Assembly: GCF_964204645.1 (NCBI RefSeq) | Contig: NC_134033.1 | Coordinates: 9,866,655 to 9,930,654, forward strand | Reading direction: 5' to 3' | DNA from: Tubulanus polymorphus | Lineage: Eukaryota; Animalia; Nemertea | Length of the DNA stretch: 64,000 nucleotides | In this document: piece after piece, positions 27,689 to 40,279 of the stretch | Layout: each line of letters starts with the position of its first letter | Position numbering within the stretch: position 1 is the first letter of the stretch | Made by a program: the position numbers and the translations under genes | The notes under the pieces: model-generated | Database searches by the model: none | Seen by the model: the letters and a program-made list of their open reading frames with translations, nothing else | Told to the model about the DNA's origin: nothing

Positions 27689-30600
27689 TTAATTACACAC
27701 GTAATCAGTTAAATAGGTAGGGGGTCTACGTTGCCTTTCAGGTCCACTTAAATTTTGACTATCTGAAACGGATGTCTCGTTAGCTACCGGTTCCGATATA
27801 GGCCGGTTTTCAACTGTATTATCAGAATCTACAGCCGGTTCAACGGTCGTTTCGTTGGTCTTTCTGAGATGGTGTCTTGCGCGCCTGTACGTTTTATTGT
27901 CGCCAGTTTCGACAAGATAAGAGCGATTTCCGACGCGTTCGGTGACCGTCGCCTTTAAGTTTGTTCCATGCCCCGGAAATGGTTTCATGCGAACAATATC
28001 ACCTTCGTCTAACGGTTTAAGGTTCTTGGCCGATTGGTTGAAATATTCGGCCTGCTTACGTTTTTTCTCGGACCCGTCTGATAAACTAATTTTCGGCGGT
28101 AATAGATTAGCCGTCATTGGCATCATAGTCTTGGTTCTTCTGTTCATAAACCTTTGGACCGGACTGACATTTAAGCCCTGAGTGGGCGTGTTTCTTAAAT
28201 CGAGTATCGCAAGATAGGGGTCTCGTTTCGCCTCATATGCTTTTTTAAGAAGTCTTTTCGCGGTCTTGACCGCCGACTCAGCCTGTCCATTAGACTTACT
28301 GTCATACGGGTTTATAGGACGATGCCGAATGTCCCAATCAATCATAAACTTACGGAATTCTTTCGAGGCAAATTGAGGTCCATTATCGGAAATGATAATG
28401 TCCGGAATGCCATATCGCGCGAAATGAGCTTTAAGTTTTGCTATGACAGGAGTCGATTTAGTGGACTTGACCAACCGATCTACCTCCCAAAAATTGCTGA
28501 AATAATCTACTGTTATTAGATAATCTTCCCCTTTCAAATTTAATAAGTCGACACCGATCTTCTCCCACGGTCGATTAGCTGGGGGAGTCTCGATCAGCAT
28601 AGGCTCTTTGGACTGGGCCTGGTCATGCTCACGACATAAACTACACGACAACATATATTCGCGCATCTGGCCGTTCATACCTGGCCAGTAGACCGATTCT
28701 CTGGCACGACATAAACAGGATTCGATGCCAAGATGTGAACTGTGAATTTTGTCTTTTATAATGTTATACATCGACTTGGGAATCACAGCGCGTTCCCCGC
28801 GAAAAATTATACCGTTCTGAATTGACAACTCATCTCTAAATGAGAAATATGGAGTAACTTCAGTAGGCACTGAACTTCTCTCATCTGGCCACCCTCTCAA
28901 AATAATTCCTTTCAATATCTGCATGGTATCATCTTTATCGGTTTCATCTCTAATCTCCGATAAACGCGCAGCGCTAATTGGCAAATACCGAACCATATTG
29001 ATACTGTCAAACTCCGCTGTCTCTGATCCAGAATCTAGGTATGCGCGAGACAAGGTGTCCGCGATGAACATCTTCGACCCCGGAGTGAACTTTATCTCGA
29101 CATCATATTTATAGACACGAAGTAACATAGCCTGCAAACGTTTAGGCGCGCGCGACAAAGGTTTTTTAACTATAGCCTCGATAGGTTTATGGTCACTTTC
29201 AACTGTAACCTTGCGGCCATATGTGTACGTATTAAATTTTTCTAAGCCGTAAACAATAGCAAGAGTTTCTTTTTCGATCTGCGCGTAACGCGTTTCAGCG
29301 TCAGTTAATGCTCTGCTACTATAGGCGATTGGACGTCCTTCCTGCATCAGGGATGCGCCCAGACCAGATTGACTGCTGTCACACTGCAATGTTAGCTCTT
29401 TATTGGGATCATAATACGCCAAAACCGGAGTTTTCGTAACCAATTCTTTGACCTTGGCAAAGGCCGACTCTTGATCGGGACCCCAAGACCACTCAGTATC
29501 TTTACGCGTTAACTTCCTAAGCGGACCTAAAGCATCTGATAAATTAGGTAGAAACTTCGCGAGATAATTTACCATGCCGTTGATACGCTGTATGCCCGCC
29601 ACGTCAGTGGGTGCCGGCATTTTCAAAATAGCTTCAATCTTACTTTGGTCCGCCTCTAGGCCGTTATCTGTTAGTTTATGACCAATAAATGGCACTCCTT
29701 TCTTAAACAATTCTAATTTTTCCAAGTTCAAAGCAATTTGTTTTTCTCTACATCTTTGCAAAAGAGCCCTTAATTTTTTGTTATGATCAGCTATGGCTTG
29801 TTCAATAGTTGTCCCTACTCCTACAAGCATAATATCGTCATGGATACAGTAGGTGCCCTCCAAGCCTTCGAGTGCTTGGTTTAAATGTTTCTGAAATATT
29901 TCACCAGATACACTGAGCCCAAATGGCAACCTGCACCATCTATACCTCCCATATGGAGTGTTGAAAGTAGTAAGTAAGCTCGATTCTTCGTCGAGGCGCA
30001 GATGCCAATACCCCGACTTAAGATCAAATTTACTGAAAACTTTCGCATCTTTCATGTCAGGTAAAATATCTTCCAGTACAGGTATGGGGTATCTTTCTCT
30101 CATTAAATATTTATTTAATTGCTGTGGGTCTAGACACAGTCTTACATCTCCCGACTTCTTCTCGGCAATAACAGGGCAATTTACCCACGGTGTAGGTTCG
30201 TCTACACTGGCTAATACACCATTGTTTACTAAACTGTCAATCTTCAATTTTACCCTATTCTTCAGGGCATGAGGTATACGTCTAATAGGCATAACTGCCG
30301 GAACTGCATTTCGATCTACGTTCAAATGAACAACCCCTGGAAGTGTACCCACTTCTTTCCGAAAAACATCTTCATACTCTGATAAAATAGAATTTACCTC
30401 AGGGGACTGACCTTCGATTTGATTAACTCTCAAAAAATTATTATTATTAACCGTTATCAACTGCATCAACTGTGCAGATTGAGACCCGATTATGGGTGTT
30501 AATCGTTCATTGACTACAATAAATTCTAATGAATATCGTCTCTTGTTATGCATGTTGACCACAGCTAGTCTAATTTTACCAACGGGGTTCAGAACACTAT

Positions 30601-31663
30601 TGTTCCACATCTTGAGCTTCTTCGTTGTAGGCCGAATTTCCTTGATGTTCTTTACGTACTTAATCGGAATCAAATTTGCCGAAGCCCCCGAGTCAATTTG
30701 AAAACGGATCGATCGCCCTCCGATTGACATTTCAGCATAAATGTCATTTTTTACACAGTTCTTATCGGAATATACGTTTTGTATCGATTCGTACTCCGAG
30801 TCGTCGTCTGATTGCTCGATTCTGTTGACCTTTCGCCCCTTAGGTTGTTTACACACAGACGCGAAATGATTGCTCAATCCGCAGTTGTTGCAGGTCTTTC
30901 CCCACGCTGAGCAAAATGCGCGATCACGTGGGTGTTGAGCGCCACAATAACGACAGTTCATTGGTTCTCCTCTCCCGCCGGAATTACGAGACCGATAATT
31001 CCTAGAAGCGGTTGTTTTGGCGCCACTAAAATTCTTCTTCGTCTGGTCGCTCCCATTGACCTTGTTAACAGTACAACTAGCGTCTGCTGACATAGATTTC
31101 AATTGTCTGCTGGATGATTCTGCAGCTCGGCAAATATTGATACACGTAGACAAGTTTAACTCTTTCGTTTCGAGCAACTTCTTCCGCACGTCACTATCAT
31201 CTATACCAAGAACAATTCTATCTTTTATCAACGAATCAGCTAAATCACTAAAATCGCACGTTCGGGCCAGCGTCCTCAAATCTGAGACGTACTTATCCAC
31301 TGACTCATCCGCCTTTTTATTCCTCGAATTAAATATGTAGCGTTCGTACGTAACGTTTATCTCGCCGACCGTAAAGTCATCAAACTTTTGAATTATCTTA
31401 TCCACATCATTCTCGTCACCTGCATTTTCGAAATTCATTCCGTTATAAATCTTGAGAGCCTCCGTCCCGACCGAATGCAGAAATAAAGCGGTACGGTACT
31501 CACCACTTTGCGCGCGTAAATTGCTTACGATGTTGTAAATGTCCCATTGCTGTTTCCATAGCTTCCAATTTTCCGCCACATTATCTCCCATTTCAAGCGG
31601 TTTTGGTGGATTCATCCCGGCAACGGGTCTCGGTGCGGGCGGCAACACGTTTTCGTTAGACAT
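27689..31663 (-). CDS. Gag-Pol polyprotein (gag with zinc knuckle, protease, RT, RNase H, integrase)
   Basis: 1324 aa with CNNCGLSNHFASVC knuckle, IDSGA protease, RT motifs FDLKSGYWHL, RLPFGL and IHDD, RNase H CDSS...EKE...SDHKP, and integrase HSSH...CSLC, GVD, SDNGPQF, NGQAE. Confidence 0.96.
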   Translation of the reverse strand: MSNENVLPPAPRPVAGMNPPKPLEMGDNVAENWKLWKQQWDIYNIVSNLRAQSGEYRTALFLHSVGTEALKIYNGMNFENAGDENDVDKIIQKFDDFTVGEINVTYERYIFNSRNKKADESVDKYVSDLRTLARTCDFSDLADSLIKDRIVLGIDDSDVRKKLLETKELNLSTCINICRAAESSSRQLKSMSADASCTVNKVNGSDQTKKNFSGAKTTASRNYRSRNSGGRGEPMNCRYCGAQHPRDRAFCSAWGKTCNNCGLSNHFASVCKQPKGRKVNRIEQSDDDSEYESIQNVYSDKNCVKNDIYAEMSIGGRSIRFQIDSGASANLIPIKYVKNIKEIRPTTKKLKMWNNSVLNPVGKIRLAVVNMHNKRRYSLEFIVVNERLTPIIGSQSAQLMQLITVNNNNFLRVNQIEGQSPEVNSILSEYEDVFRKEVGTLPGVVHLNVDRNAVPAVMPIRRIPHALKNRVKLKIDSLVNNGVLASVDEPTPWVNCPVIAEKKSGDVRLCLDPQQLNKYLMRERYPIPVLEDILPDMKDAKVFSKFDLKSGYWHLRLDEESSLLTTFNTPYGRYRWCRLPFGLSVSGEIFQKHLNQALEGLEGTYCIHDDIMLVGVGTTIEQAIADHNKKLRALLQRCREKQIALNLEKLELFKKGVPFIGHKLTDNGLEADQSKIEAILKMPAPTDVAGIQRINGMVNYLAKFLPNLSDALGPLRKLTRKDTEWSWGPDQESAFAKVKELVTKTPVLAYYDPNKELTLQCDSSQSGLGASLMQEGRPIAYSSRALTDAETRYAQIEKETLAIVYGLEKFNTYTYGRKVTVESDHKPIEAIVKKPLSRAPKRLQAMLLRVYKYDVEIKFTPGSKMFIADTLSRAYLDSGSETAEFDSINMVRYLPISAARLSEIRDETDKDDTMQILKGIILRGWPDERSSVPTEVTPYFSFRDELSIQNGIIFRGERAVIPKSMYNIIKDKIHSSHLGIESCLCRARESVYWPGMNGQMREYMLSCSLCREHDQAQSKEPMLIETPPANRPWEKIGVDLLNLKGEDYLITVDYFSNFWEVDRLVKSTKSTPVIAKLKAHFARYGIPDIIISDNGPQFASKEFRKFMIDWDIRHRPINPYDSKSNGQAESAVKTAKRLLKKAYEAKRDPYLAILDLRNTPTQGLNVSPVQRFMNRRTKTMMPMTANLLPPKISLSDGSEKKRKQAEYFNQSAKNLKPLDEGDIVRMKPFPGHGTNLKATVTERVGNRSYLVETGDNKTYRRARHHLRKTNETTVEPAVDSDNTVENRPISEPVANETSVSDSQNLSGPERQRRPPTYLTDYVCN

Positions 31664-31761
31664 GCTGTCTGTTCTCTGATAATCCTCAGTAAAGCAACAA
31701 AACTCGGATCAAACGTCCTCAAAACATTCACTGTGCCCTCGTTAGATCACTTAATTGTGGG

Positions 31762-31776
31762 CCACCGCTGCCACCA
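31762..31776 (-). promoter_or_regulatory. Primer-binding site (tRNA-Leu-like)
   Basis: TGGTGGCAGCGGTGG lies directly inside the 5' LTR and is complementary to the CCACCGCTGCCACCA 3' end of tRNA-Leu. Confidence 0.85.
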
Positions 31777-31916
31777 TGTTTCGTGTCGTCCTCTATATCA
31801 ATTAAATCAGTCAAAACGAGAGAGATTAATTCATCTGGTGCAACCACCATTTTATAAAGTAATTCTCAAGCGCCATCTGGCGGTACAAAATACAATTAGA
31901 TATACATATTGTAACA
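31777..31916 (-). repeat. 5' LTR (140 bp)
   Basis: TG...CA ends, followed on the minus strand by the PBS. Confidence 0.95.
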
Positions 31917-31949
31917 AGGGTCACACAAATGGCAGGGATATGTCTATGA

Positions 31950-33050
31950 AAAATTGTACATTAATGTTGAATTGTGCATTACACTAAATGTTAACGAATT
32001 TGAGTTTAAGTTTGGCTTACTTGTGACCTCTATGACAGTATTTCTTGTTATAACTTATTGCAATCACTGAAGTATCGCATATATTGATCCATATCCATGA
32101 CAATATTTAAGTTCAATTATTGTTTGATATAACCTCAGTGTCTTCCTTTAACGATTTAGTTATTGATTGGTACTTTTCAGAGAGTGAGATCTGTCATATT
32201 TTTGCCAGGCCATAACGTTTATTTTACAGCTATTTGTTGTGGGTTTCCTTGCAAGATTTAGGTTTGTTTGCATATTTAGTAATCCTGATTGATGAAAAGT
32301 CCAGTTGTGAATATGCCTGGCAAATGGCAGCACTTTTTTAGTGGTCAGTTTGCTTTAAACTGAATAGCAATGTAGTAATTTGTAATAATTGTCTTCACCG
32401 ATAGTTCTGGAAGCACAGGTTTGACAGATTTGAAAATTTTCTTGTAGTCCCTCTTGGTTCTTCTTGACATCAAAATGAAGGCTGATGGTACTTGCTTGTT
32501 TTCTCCCTCACTGTTTTTTTAGAAAGGCATGAATTGAAAATAACTGTGTACCATGTTTCTGCTTTGTATAGAAAACATATCTGCAAATCATTTGCAAATA
32601 TAACGTGGCACATTCCAATTGACTTTAATGTCATCACAGCAAAAGCTGCTGCCAATGAAATTTTTGTCAATTGGAAAATCACTGGTAGACAGTTCTAGTG
32701 GACATTTACTCTGTCGGTTGCTCTTTCACTTGCTGCATTGGGTGAGATAGTGTAGCACAGGGAACATCGACATCAACACAAGTAACTATGGCTTCTTGTT
32801 CGATTTTGGCAGCACTTTTGAATAAACTGTTAACACTGCTTTCTGTGAATTCTCCATTCATTTCCGACACCGTTGCTGAGTATTGCTGCATCTTGTTTTT
32901 AACCGACCACCAACAGTATGTTTTCAGGTTTGTCTCTTTGATGGTGAACCCGTAGCCATTGTTGTCTGGTAGCTTTGCCTTTCCTCTCAGGGTAGAACCT
33001 TCCTCAATTTCAAATCGCAGCCCAGTCATTTACAGTGACTCATCATTTGG
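31950..33050 (-). pseudogene. Degenerate MULE (Mutator-like) transposase with FLYWCH-like domain
   Basis: STLRGKAKLPDNNGYGFTIK...CWWSVKNK is FLYWCH-like, and HVIFANDLQICFLYKAETWY resembles the MULE entry motif. Many frameshifts. Confidence 0.65.
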
Positions 33051-33929
33051 ACTTGAATCTTTAATCTAGTGTTCTGCAGTTTTGTCAGGTATCTCGAATG
33101 ATGATGTAGACACAATAAGATTATTGGTTGTGGTTTCATAAGTTTTATTCTCAGTTTCTTGCTGTTTCTTTCCTTCTAGAGCGAGTTCTGATTGGCTTCC
33201 AGCTTGGTTATGTTTTCTTGGAGGTGGTTCGAGAACAGGGACAAAGTGGTTCAATGTCCATAACTTGCTTTCTATACTTGTCTTTATATTTGCATTTGAC
33301 CATATGGTAGGGATTGGTGCAGCTGCTTTTTTGATAATCTTGCTAGAAAAGTTTGGTGAAGTTTTGCTATCAGGAAAACTTCTTTTCCATTTACTGCGGG
33401 ATACAACGATTTTACATTACGATTCAAAACTGTAACTGCAGCCATACTAACGAGTAGCTTCCAATTAGGCATGCATCTAGGGCGACTTCATAATGATGGG
33501 GACACTGTCTAGACTTGGGATGTACTGCTTGAGGTACCAGGTTTCAAGTTTGCAAGTTCTGTGGTTATTCGTACTCTCAGTGCATTCGTGGCTGGGCAAG
33601 AACTGGCTTCAATCTTACCAATTTTAACTTCCGTGAGTTGAGGCAGTACGGGTGATAACGGTTTCGCCCTTGCCTAGGTGGAAGCCTAACCTGTAAGGGC
33701 AAGATAGATTTATGTTTACATATTCTTAATTACTTCAGCCAATTTTGATAAACAATAGCTTGACTAACCAATTGAGTCAAAACAAGTAAGTGCCATTAAT
33801 CCTTACTTGGGGATTTGAGTATTGTTGAGTATTTCTGTAAATAGAAGATGATGAATACATTGATATTGGGTTATTGGGCTATTTTACTGCTTGTTAGAAC
33901 TAACCTCAAGTATTTTCATTATTTTCACA

Positions 33930-33931
<2 letters not shown>

Positions 33932-33963
<32 letters not shown>
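33932..33963. repeat. (AT)n microsatellite
   Basis: About 16 AT units. Confidence 0.95.
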
Positions 33964-33965
<2 letters not shown>

Positions 33966-35053
33966 ATATGATAGATAGGCCGCCTTGTAAATGGGCCAAT
34001 CTTAGAATTAAGAAATACTTTATAAAAACTTCCCGGCTTGTGGATGCTACTGGAACAGTAGCTGGCACTGGTCCAAGCAAATTTGTGCCGGATTGGACGT
34101 TGGCCTAACAGAAAAACTAATTTTGGGTAATGTATCAGCGTCAGGAATCATGTCAGCAGTTGCCGAAGTAGACCCAACATTTCTTGCCACAGCTCTCGAA
34201 GTTGCAACAGGCCTAGTACTAGCAGTAGTAGTACCGGTTAGGCCTACAACGTCAACGGTAGATCTAATGAATACTGGTAATACTAGTAGTGCCAGTTAGA
34301 TTATTTCTTAGTATCGCTTCGCTAAGTGAATCTAACGATCCATGAATGGTACTGATTGCCTCAATGGCATTATTAACTCTTTGTCGCCTGGGGGGTGCGG
34401 CCGCTAAAACACGTTGACTGCCTGAGTAGTTCTTTTGTTTTACTTAATTGCGGAAACTACCAATAGTAAAATGCTCATAATTCGGTAACCAGTGGCTCAA
34501 TCTGGATGAATGAGGTACCAAATGAATGGTTATTTCATTGCCAATCATTTAAGCTATTAATGTTCATGATTAGGGATACAGGGGCTTACCTAAAATCTGG
34601 AATTCCCATGAAAAAATTTACATACTCTGAAAATATTTTTAAGCATGGAATTTCGAGGATTAATTTCTTATTTTGTGCACTTAACAAAGCTAGACATGCG
34701 CAAATATGTTAACAAATGACTATTTGTGGATTTGATTATCATCTCATGAGTCGTACGTACTGTGTTGCTATTTTGCTTACACACCGTCCAAATATAATGT
34801 TTCAACTTGAAAATTAGTTCTGATACTTTCTAATGTAAACATTGACTTTGGTATCCTCGGAAAATATTCACTCTTGAATGCAACAAGACTTCAAACTAAT
34901 TTTCCTTGCTAATTTCTTCATTTTCTTAGTGTAAGCTTCGAAAAGTTTTGCTCTTTATTCACTCTTGCCTGTAACTATAGTAACAAGCAGCTGGGGTGCA
35001 GCGAGTCAGCGATGCTCATGGTGAGTTTGACCACTTACAGCTGTCAGTATCAA

Positions 35054-37067
35054 TTAAATTGTTGTTGATACTGGCTCTTTGAGAGTGGAAATGCCGCGAT
35101 CATAACCACTGGGATAGACCTTACTTTGTATCACACCTTTGTTGATGTACTTGGCATCTAGATCGAGTGGCATGGTCTTGGCTGTGGAGCATAGTCCAGT
35201 TGCCAGTTGAAGCGAATATGTCCATCCATCAGTTTCACTGGGATGCTGAATGATCCAGTGCGGCGGTAATTCCATTCGCCGACGAGCTCGGTTGACAAGA
35301 TTTCACGGAACACACGAAGAGATTTTGTGTCAGCCGGTGGTGTTTTCTTCTGGTACAAGATGTAGGCATTAGTGATGCACACATCTATAACATACAAGAA
35401 TACTTTCAAGGGCCATTTCAGACCCTTCATGTGCCTCTTGTAAGTTAGAATCTTCCTATCAGCCAGGTCTAACCCGCCCATGAACTGATTGTACCACTTG
35501 ATGATAAGGGGGTAATGTACGTTGACCTTTGCCCATACATTTGCTACTTTTGCATTTCTTTCTGTAGTGAGCACATCATCACCTATTGGTAATGATGACA
35601 GAAGGGAGACTTTTTTGTTGTCCTGCTAGGTCACACACACGACCTCACATGTCTCACTTTTCAGAAAGGCATGGTCGCCACGTCCTTTTACAATGGCACT
35701 TTTTTTTCCAACAATAACATTCGGTCCACCACGTTTAGCGCGCAGGGTTCCACACATCTGCCATTTACGGTTATAGAGCATAATAGCTAGCTCATAACTT
35801 GTGTACTAATTATCCGTATATATTTGATAGCCAAGGTCATGGTAGGGTTCCAATGTTTTCATAACAGTAGTCCTAATTTTTTTCCCTGCTTCAACCGTCT
35901 TGTCAGATTGAGCAAGATCCATGTTAGCAATATACCCAGAGTCTGCTTCAGCTAGCATGTAAACTTTTAGTCCAAACCGGATTGGTTTGTTTTTGATGTA
36001 ATGACGCCAGGCGTCCACCCTTTTGATTTGATCATAGACTCGGCGATAGATAATTCGCGCTCGACTTGATATACATCCCTGAATGATGGCACCATTTTGT
36101 CAAAAAAGTTTCTAACTTAGTAATAGATGTCATAATTTGGACCATTCCTGTCAGGGGCATTGTTCTCATCCATAAAATGGAGATATCTCAATATCTGGCA
36201 GAAGCGATCACGTGGAAATACATCTGCGATTCCCGGACACCAGGTGAGAAGATGCCGCTTACTCCACATTTTACTTAAGTCACCCCTTATTTGCATTAGC
36301 CCCATGGTCACAATACAACCAAGGAAACTTCTTAGTTCATTTACAGGGAGGGGTTTCCATGCCATTTTGTGTTTCTCTGGATCGTCAGCAAACTTTGCAG
36401 TATAGTTCCGGTTTGTCTCTCTTACGATATGCGCATAAACTTCGTCAGTGAAAAAAAGTTAAAAAAGTTCGACCACAGTTTCATGTACAGCCAGATCAAT
36501 TTAAGGTCCCGTATTTGGAACCCTAAACCTCATTTCTGGAGGGACAGTAATGTTATTTGTCCAACCAAGATCACATAAATCATCCTCAATTTGAATCCTT
36601 TCACCTAATGTAACATCTTCATCATCTGGGGCAGGGTCCAGGGCTGGGTCTGGTTCACCATCATCACCGCCAGGGGGCGCTTGGTTATCACTGGCAGGGT
36701 CAGTGTTATCATTAACAACAGCTTGATCATGTTCTAAGTCAATATCAGACCCATTCTCGCTACTACTAGTACTTTCAGAATCAGAAACGTCGTCACTTCC
36801 ACCTTCAAAATCACTTTCATCACCTGCCGATTCCTCGGATGAACTACTCTCACTCTCGGGCTCTAAAATCCTTGCAAAAATATTTTTCGGGCCGTAGCCA
36901 TGATTTCTGCGTCTTTTACGAAGTTATTTCCGGGTTAGTTTCGATTTGCGATGTCAGATGGCAGCACCATCTAGTCACTACCAGGAGGACAAATTGCGGG
37001 CGCTTAAATGCGCACCCCGGCAATCATGTGAATTTACATCGGTTCGCACTCCGGCGACATATGGTTA
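35054..37067 (-). mobile_element. Degenerate piggyBac element (PGBD-type transposase pseudogene)
   Basis: Acidic N-terminus (ESESSSSEESAGDESDFEG), WKPLPVNELRSFLG...FPRDRFCQILRYLHF, YIKNKPIRFGLKVYML...YTDN and YNQFMGGLDLAD...NAYILY, broken by stops and frameshifts. Candidate 5' end TTAACC at ~37062-37067. Confidence 0.88.
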
Positions 37068-38039
37068 ATATTGAAATTTGCCATTTGTAGTATTAAATAT
37101 AATGGTTACGATTAGATATAACGATGTTGATAACTGTAATTCTGTTGTAATAAAGCGTTGTAATTCGTGTTAGTGCAACGACCTTGAGAAGTGACACTGC
37201 ACCAAATCAATTCAAAAATTGATTCATTACAACAAATATAAAAAAGTTACAGCGCGTGATCAACAGTTCTATTTCATTGCATTGTTTCACTTGGGGTCCT
37301 CTCACTTTTTCATCTTTTTACCTTTTCATTGTTTCCACCATACCATCGTTTCGTCTTGTTATGACCGTGTATCTTTAGTCTTTTGGTCATCTTTTCACTA
37401 TCTTTTCATCTTTTTGTTAACTTTCAAAATGATGCTCAGTGCTGCCAAGTGTCCCGATTTAGGCGGAATCATTACGCTTTGTTATATAAAAATACATCGT
37501 TCCGACTTGTGCTTGACAAACAGGATTTTAGAATGGAAATATCCCGATTTTACGATTATACTTGTAATTTTTATGATTTCGATAAATGAGTTTCAAATTC
37601 TCAAAAGTGTCAAGTGACTTTGCAAGGTGGCGCCACCAGCTGGCTTGATATGCTCCTTTGACTATGGCAAGTGAGTGAATGAGAACGTTACAAAATGGCA
37701 GTCACGACAGTTCAGTTGTAAGTGACTTGCCTCTGAGAGAGACTCGGGGAGAGGGAGAACCAGTTTAAACTATCATATTCGTCAGCCTTGCCTTGCGTCA
37801 CTAGCAGCAAAAAAGAATACACTTCGCTTTGTGCACTGTTGGCTGCTGTGAGTTTTAAGTGTCAGACATGTCACGACGGAATATGCGATGTGAAGAAACA
37901 CTGTTCTTCTACAAACATATAGAGATAAGTGAGAATAAACGGATTTCGACATTTTTCATCCATGTTTTATTTACCATGTTTCTTGTAAAACATAATTTCC
38001 CGTTAGCTGCTGCTGACCATGCTGGCGCGCGATATTTTG

Positions 38040-38310
38040 TGACATTATCCCTGGCCCTAGAGTATTTGATGGGTAAGTCTGCAAATGGGGAAAATTTAAT
38101 GAGAAAACGTTGTTGTGGGAGTAACTACTTCTAAAGTAACCCTCAACAACTATCCCAGAACCAACCGGGAAGTTTTGGGTTTTCTTCAGAAATACTCTGA
38201 ATGCACTCGCTTTCTTGGCCTATGGCATAAGGAATATCTCCGTCGGCTGACAGAAAGACAAAGTTCCCTTACCACAGTAAATGTTGCCGCCAAATTTGGT
38301 CAAGAAGTCG
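38040..38310 (+). mobile_element. BEL/Pao integrase C-terminal remnant
   Basis: RFLGLWHKEYLRRLTERQ resembles the FW.RW..EYL..L.ER motif at the end of BEL/Pao Pol. Confidence 0.5.
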
Positions 38311-38314
38311 TTCC

Positions 38315-39540
38315 CCAGAAGGCACTTTTGTGTCAAGTCATCAGTAATTACCATTGATGTGGTGAAGGTGACCGATCTTAACAGTGACATATGCTGCCCC
38401 CCTAATTGACGTCTTGTCCATTTGCTATAGTAAGTGCCCCATGGACAGGTTTCAACTCAGTGTGTTGTCCTCTCGGACGACGTCCAGGAGGACTGATGTT
38501 TCTGTTTTGTTTTTTACAATGGCATGGCAATAGAGCCCCGTGTCATGAAGCTTAACATGTCAAATATTTACCGTAGGTGGCCTCACCGTATCTGGGGGCT
38601 ACACAAACCTCAGCGTTTTACCCACCGTAGTAGGCAATGGAGAAAATTCGGGAGCGTCGGGTCTTAAACTAGGCATCACTTTATTCATGTCTACTTTGCT
38701 AGGGTTGGTTGACGCACTACGTGAGTTTGAACCTTTTTGAGGTGACGTTGGTACAGTGGTGGAAACATTTCTAGCCTTGCTGTCTGGTCTTTGGCGCCAA
38801 TCACCATCCGTATCCGGTGACATTCTTTTTGCTGGAGGAATATACTTTAGTATGTCAGCTGGGCCTACCACCCTCGGAAATCCCATTGGTCCATTTCCCC
38901 GCTGACCTTAGGGGCAATTCTTTGCATAGTGGCCTACATCACCACACATGCGGCACTTTGTCTGAGGGCATTGGTTTGCCATATGACCTGGTGAATTACG
39001 CCGGTAACAGATGACTGGTGCCGGGTTATGTGAGTTACGTGAAATGGATTTGCATCTCTCAACCCGTGTGGACAGATTCATCATCATCTTCATCCTTTCT
39101 TTCATTTGCGATGCGATTTGGGAGATGGCGTCATCTTTTTGTTGAACTTGGTGCACCTGGGCTCTAGACTTGGTTGACCCCTGTGTCAGCTTTCTCGCTG
39201 TCTCCAGCGTCCTAGCCCCATTTATAGCATATGACAGGGTTGCGGCATAAATCTGCTGTTTTGCAGATGGGGCTAAGTTTAACCCCTTGAGGAACTGGTT
39301 CTTCCCCATTTCCTCCTGCATCTGATAATGCACATTCGTGTATGCATTTTTGGACAGTTCAGCCAGCTGGTCAGCGAAGCCTTCGAAGCTCTCCACCTGG
39401 TTCTGGTCGTGTCTCTTGAGCTGCATCTTGTAATCGTCGCAAGTTTAAGTGTGATGAAAATGCCCCATCAGCAAAGTACAAAATTCGTCGTATTTAAAGG
39501 CCCATTGGTATGAGCAGTAGTTAACCGGGTAGTAAGCACT
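38315..39540 (-). mobile_element. Degenerate Gypsy gag-protease fragment
   Basis: Gag QNQVESFEGFADQLAELSKNAY...QFLKGL, tandem knuckles (CRMCGDVGHYAKNC), and a protease-like LHDTG at ~38540. Confidence 0.8.
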
Positions 39541-40279
39541 TGAGATGGGCCGTCCCACTAGCTACACTTACATGTTGATGATGTTTACAGTGAGTAAGGG
39601 TGGCTCACAACTGTAACTGTAGAGGTCACACACTGTAATATCTGACAAATTCATAAATTTTCATATAAAGTTCTGAGGTAATTTTAAATGGTGCAGTCTC
39701 ATTGGGGATGAAAATCTGAAGCTTGTGATCATTTTCTGTTAGAAAAGGACCAAGATTAAAGAATTTGGCAAAATTTTGAGATTTTTAAAAATTATCAATT
39801 TTTATCCGATTTTGATGAAATTTTGGCATAACACTGAAGGTAGATAGCTTAACAAGTGTATGAAATTTCAGACTGATTCCTTGATCGGGAAAAAGTTTTT
39901 TATAGTGAGATTTTGGTACTATGAAGTAGCCTATATTTTTGTTTATGTGTAGTGATGATCTAGGGTATCATGTTACGGTTACTGTGCCATGCAAGCTGTG
40001 CTGATTCACTGGATAACTCCTCCCTTTACGTCATTCAAAGATTCAAATTGTGAAGAAAATACCAACGAAATTGCTTAATTACTCAAAGAGGAGGGCCTAA
40101 AACATAATTTCGACTGCAGAAATGAATATATTATACATTAATACATACGTCTGACAAAAAGGAGGATCCAAATCGGATAACTGACAGAGAAAATAGGAGA
40201 ATTCCAGTTTCAACCGTTGGAGCTCCTCACTGCTCCACAGGTTCAAAGATACTGCCATGTCTGACATTGATTGGGCTTT

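Larger units (their letters stand above)
27367..31916 (-). mobile_element. Full-length Ty3/Gypsy LTR retrotransposon (Mag/SURL-like), young
   Basis: TG...CA LTRs at 31777-31916 (5') and 27367-27516 (3'). 5-bp TSD AGGGT at 27362-27366 and 31917-31921. PBS TGGTGGCAGCGGTGG, PPT AGGAAAAGGGA and one uninterrupted ORF. Confidence 0.97.

Noticed and set aside
27942-31340. Several + strand ORFs within the Gypsy element
   Set aside because: They are antisense shadows of the long gag-pol ORF.
37620-37995. LTR-like segment with AATAAA ending ...TGTAAAACA
   Set aside because: No partner LTR, TSD or PBS could be identified, so the boundaries are unsupported.
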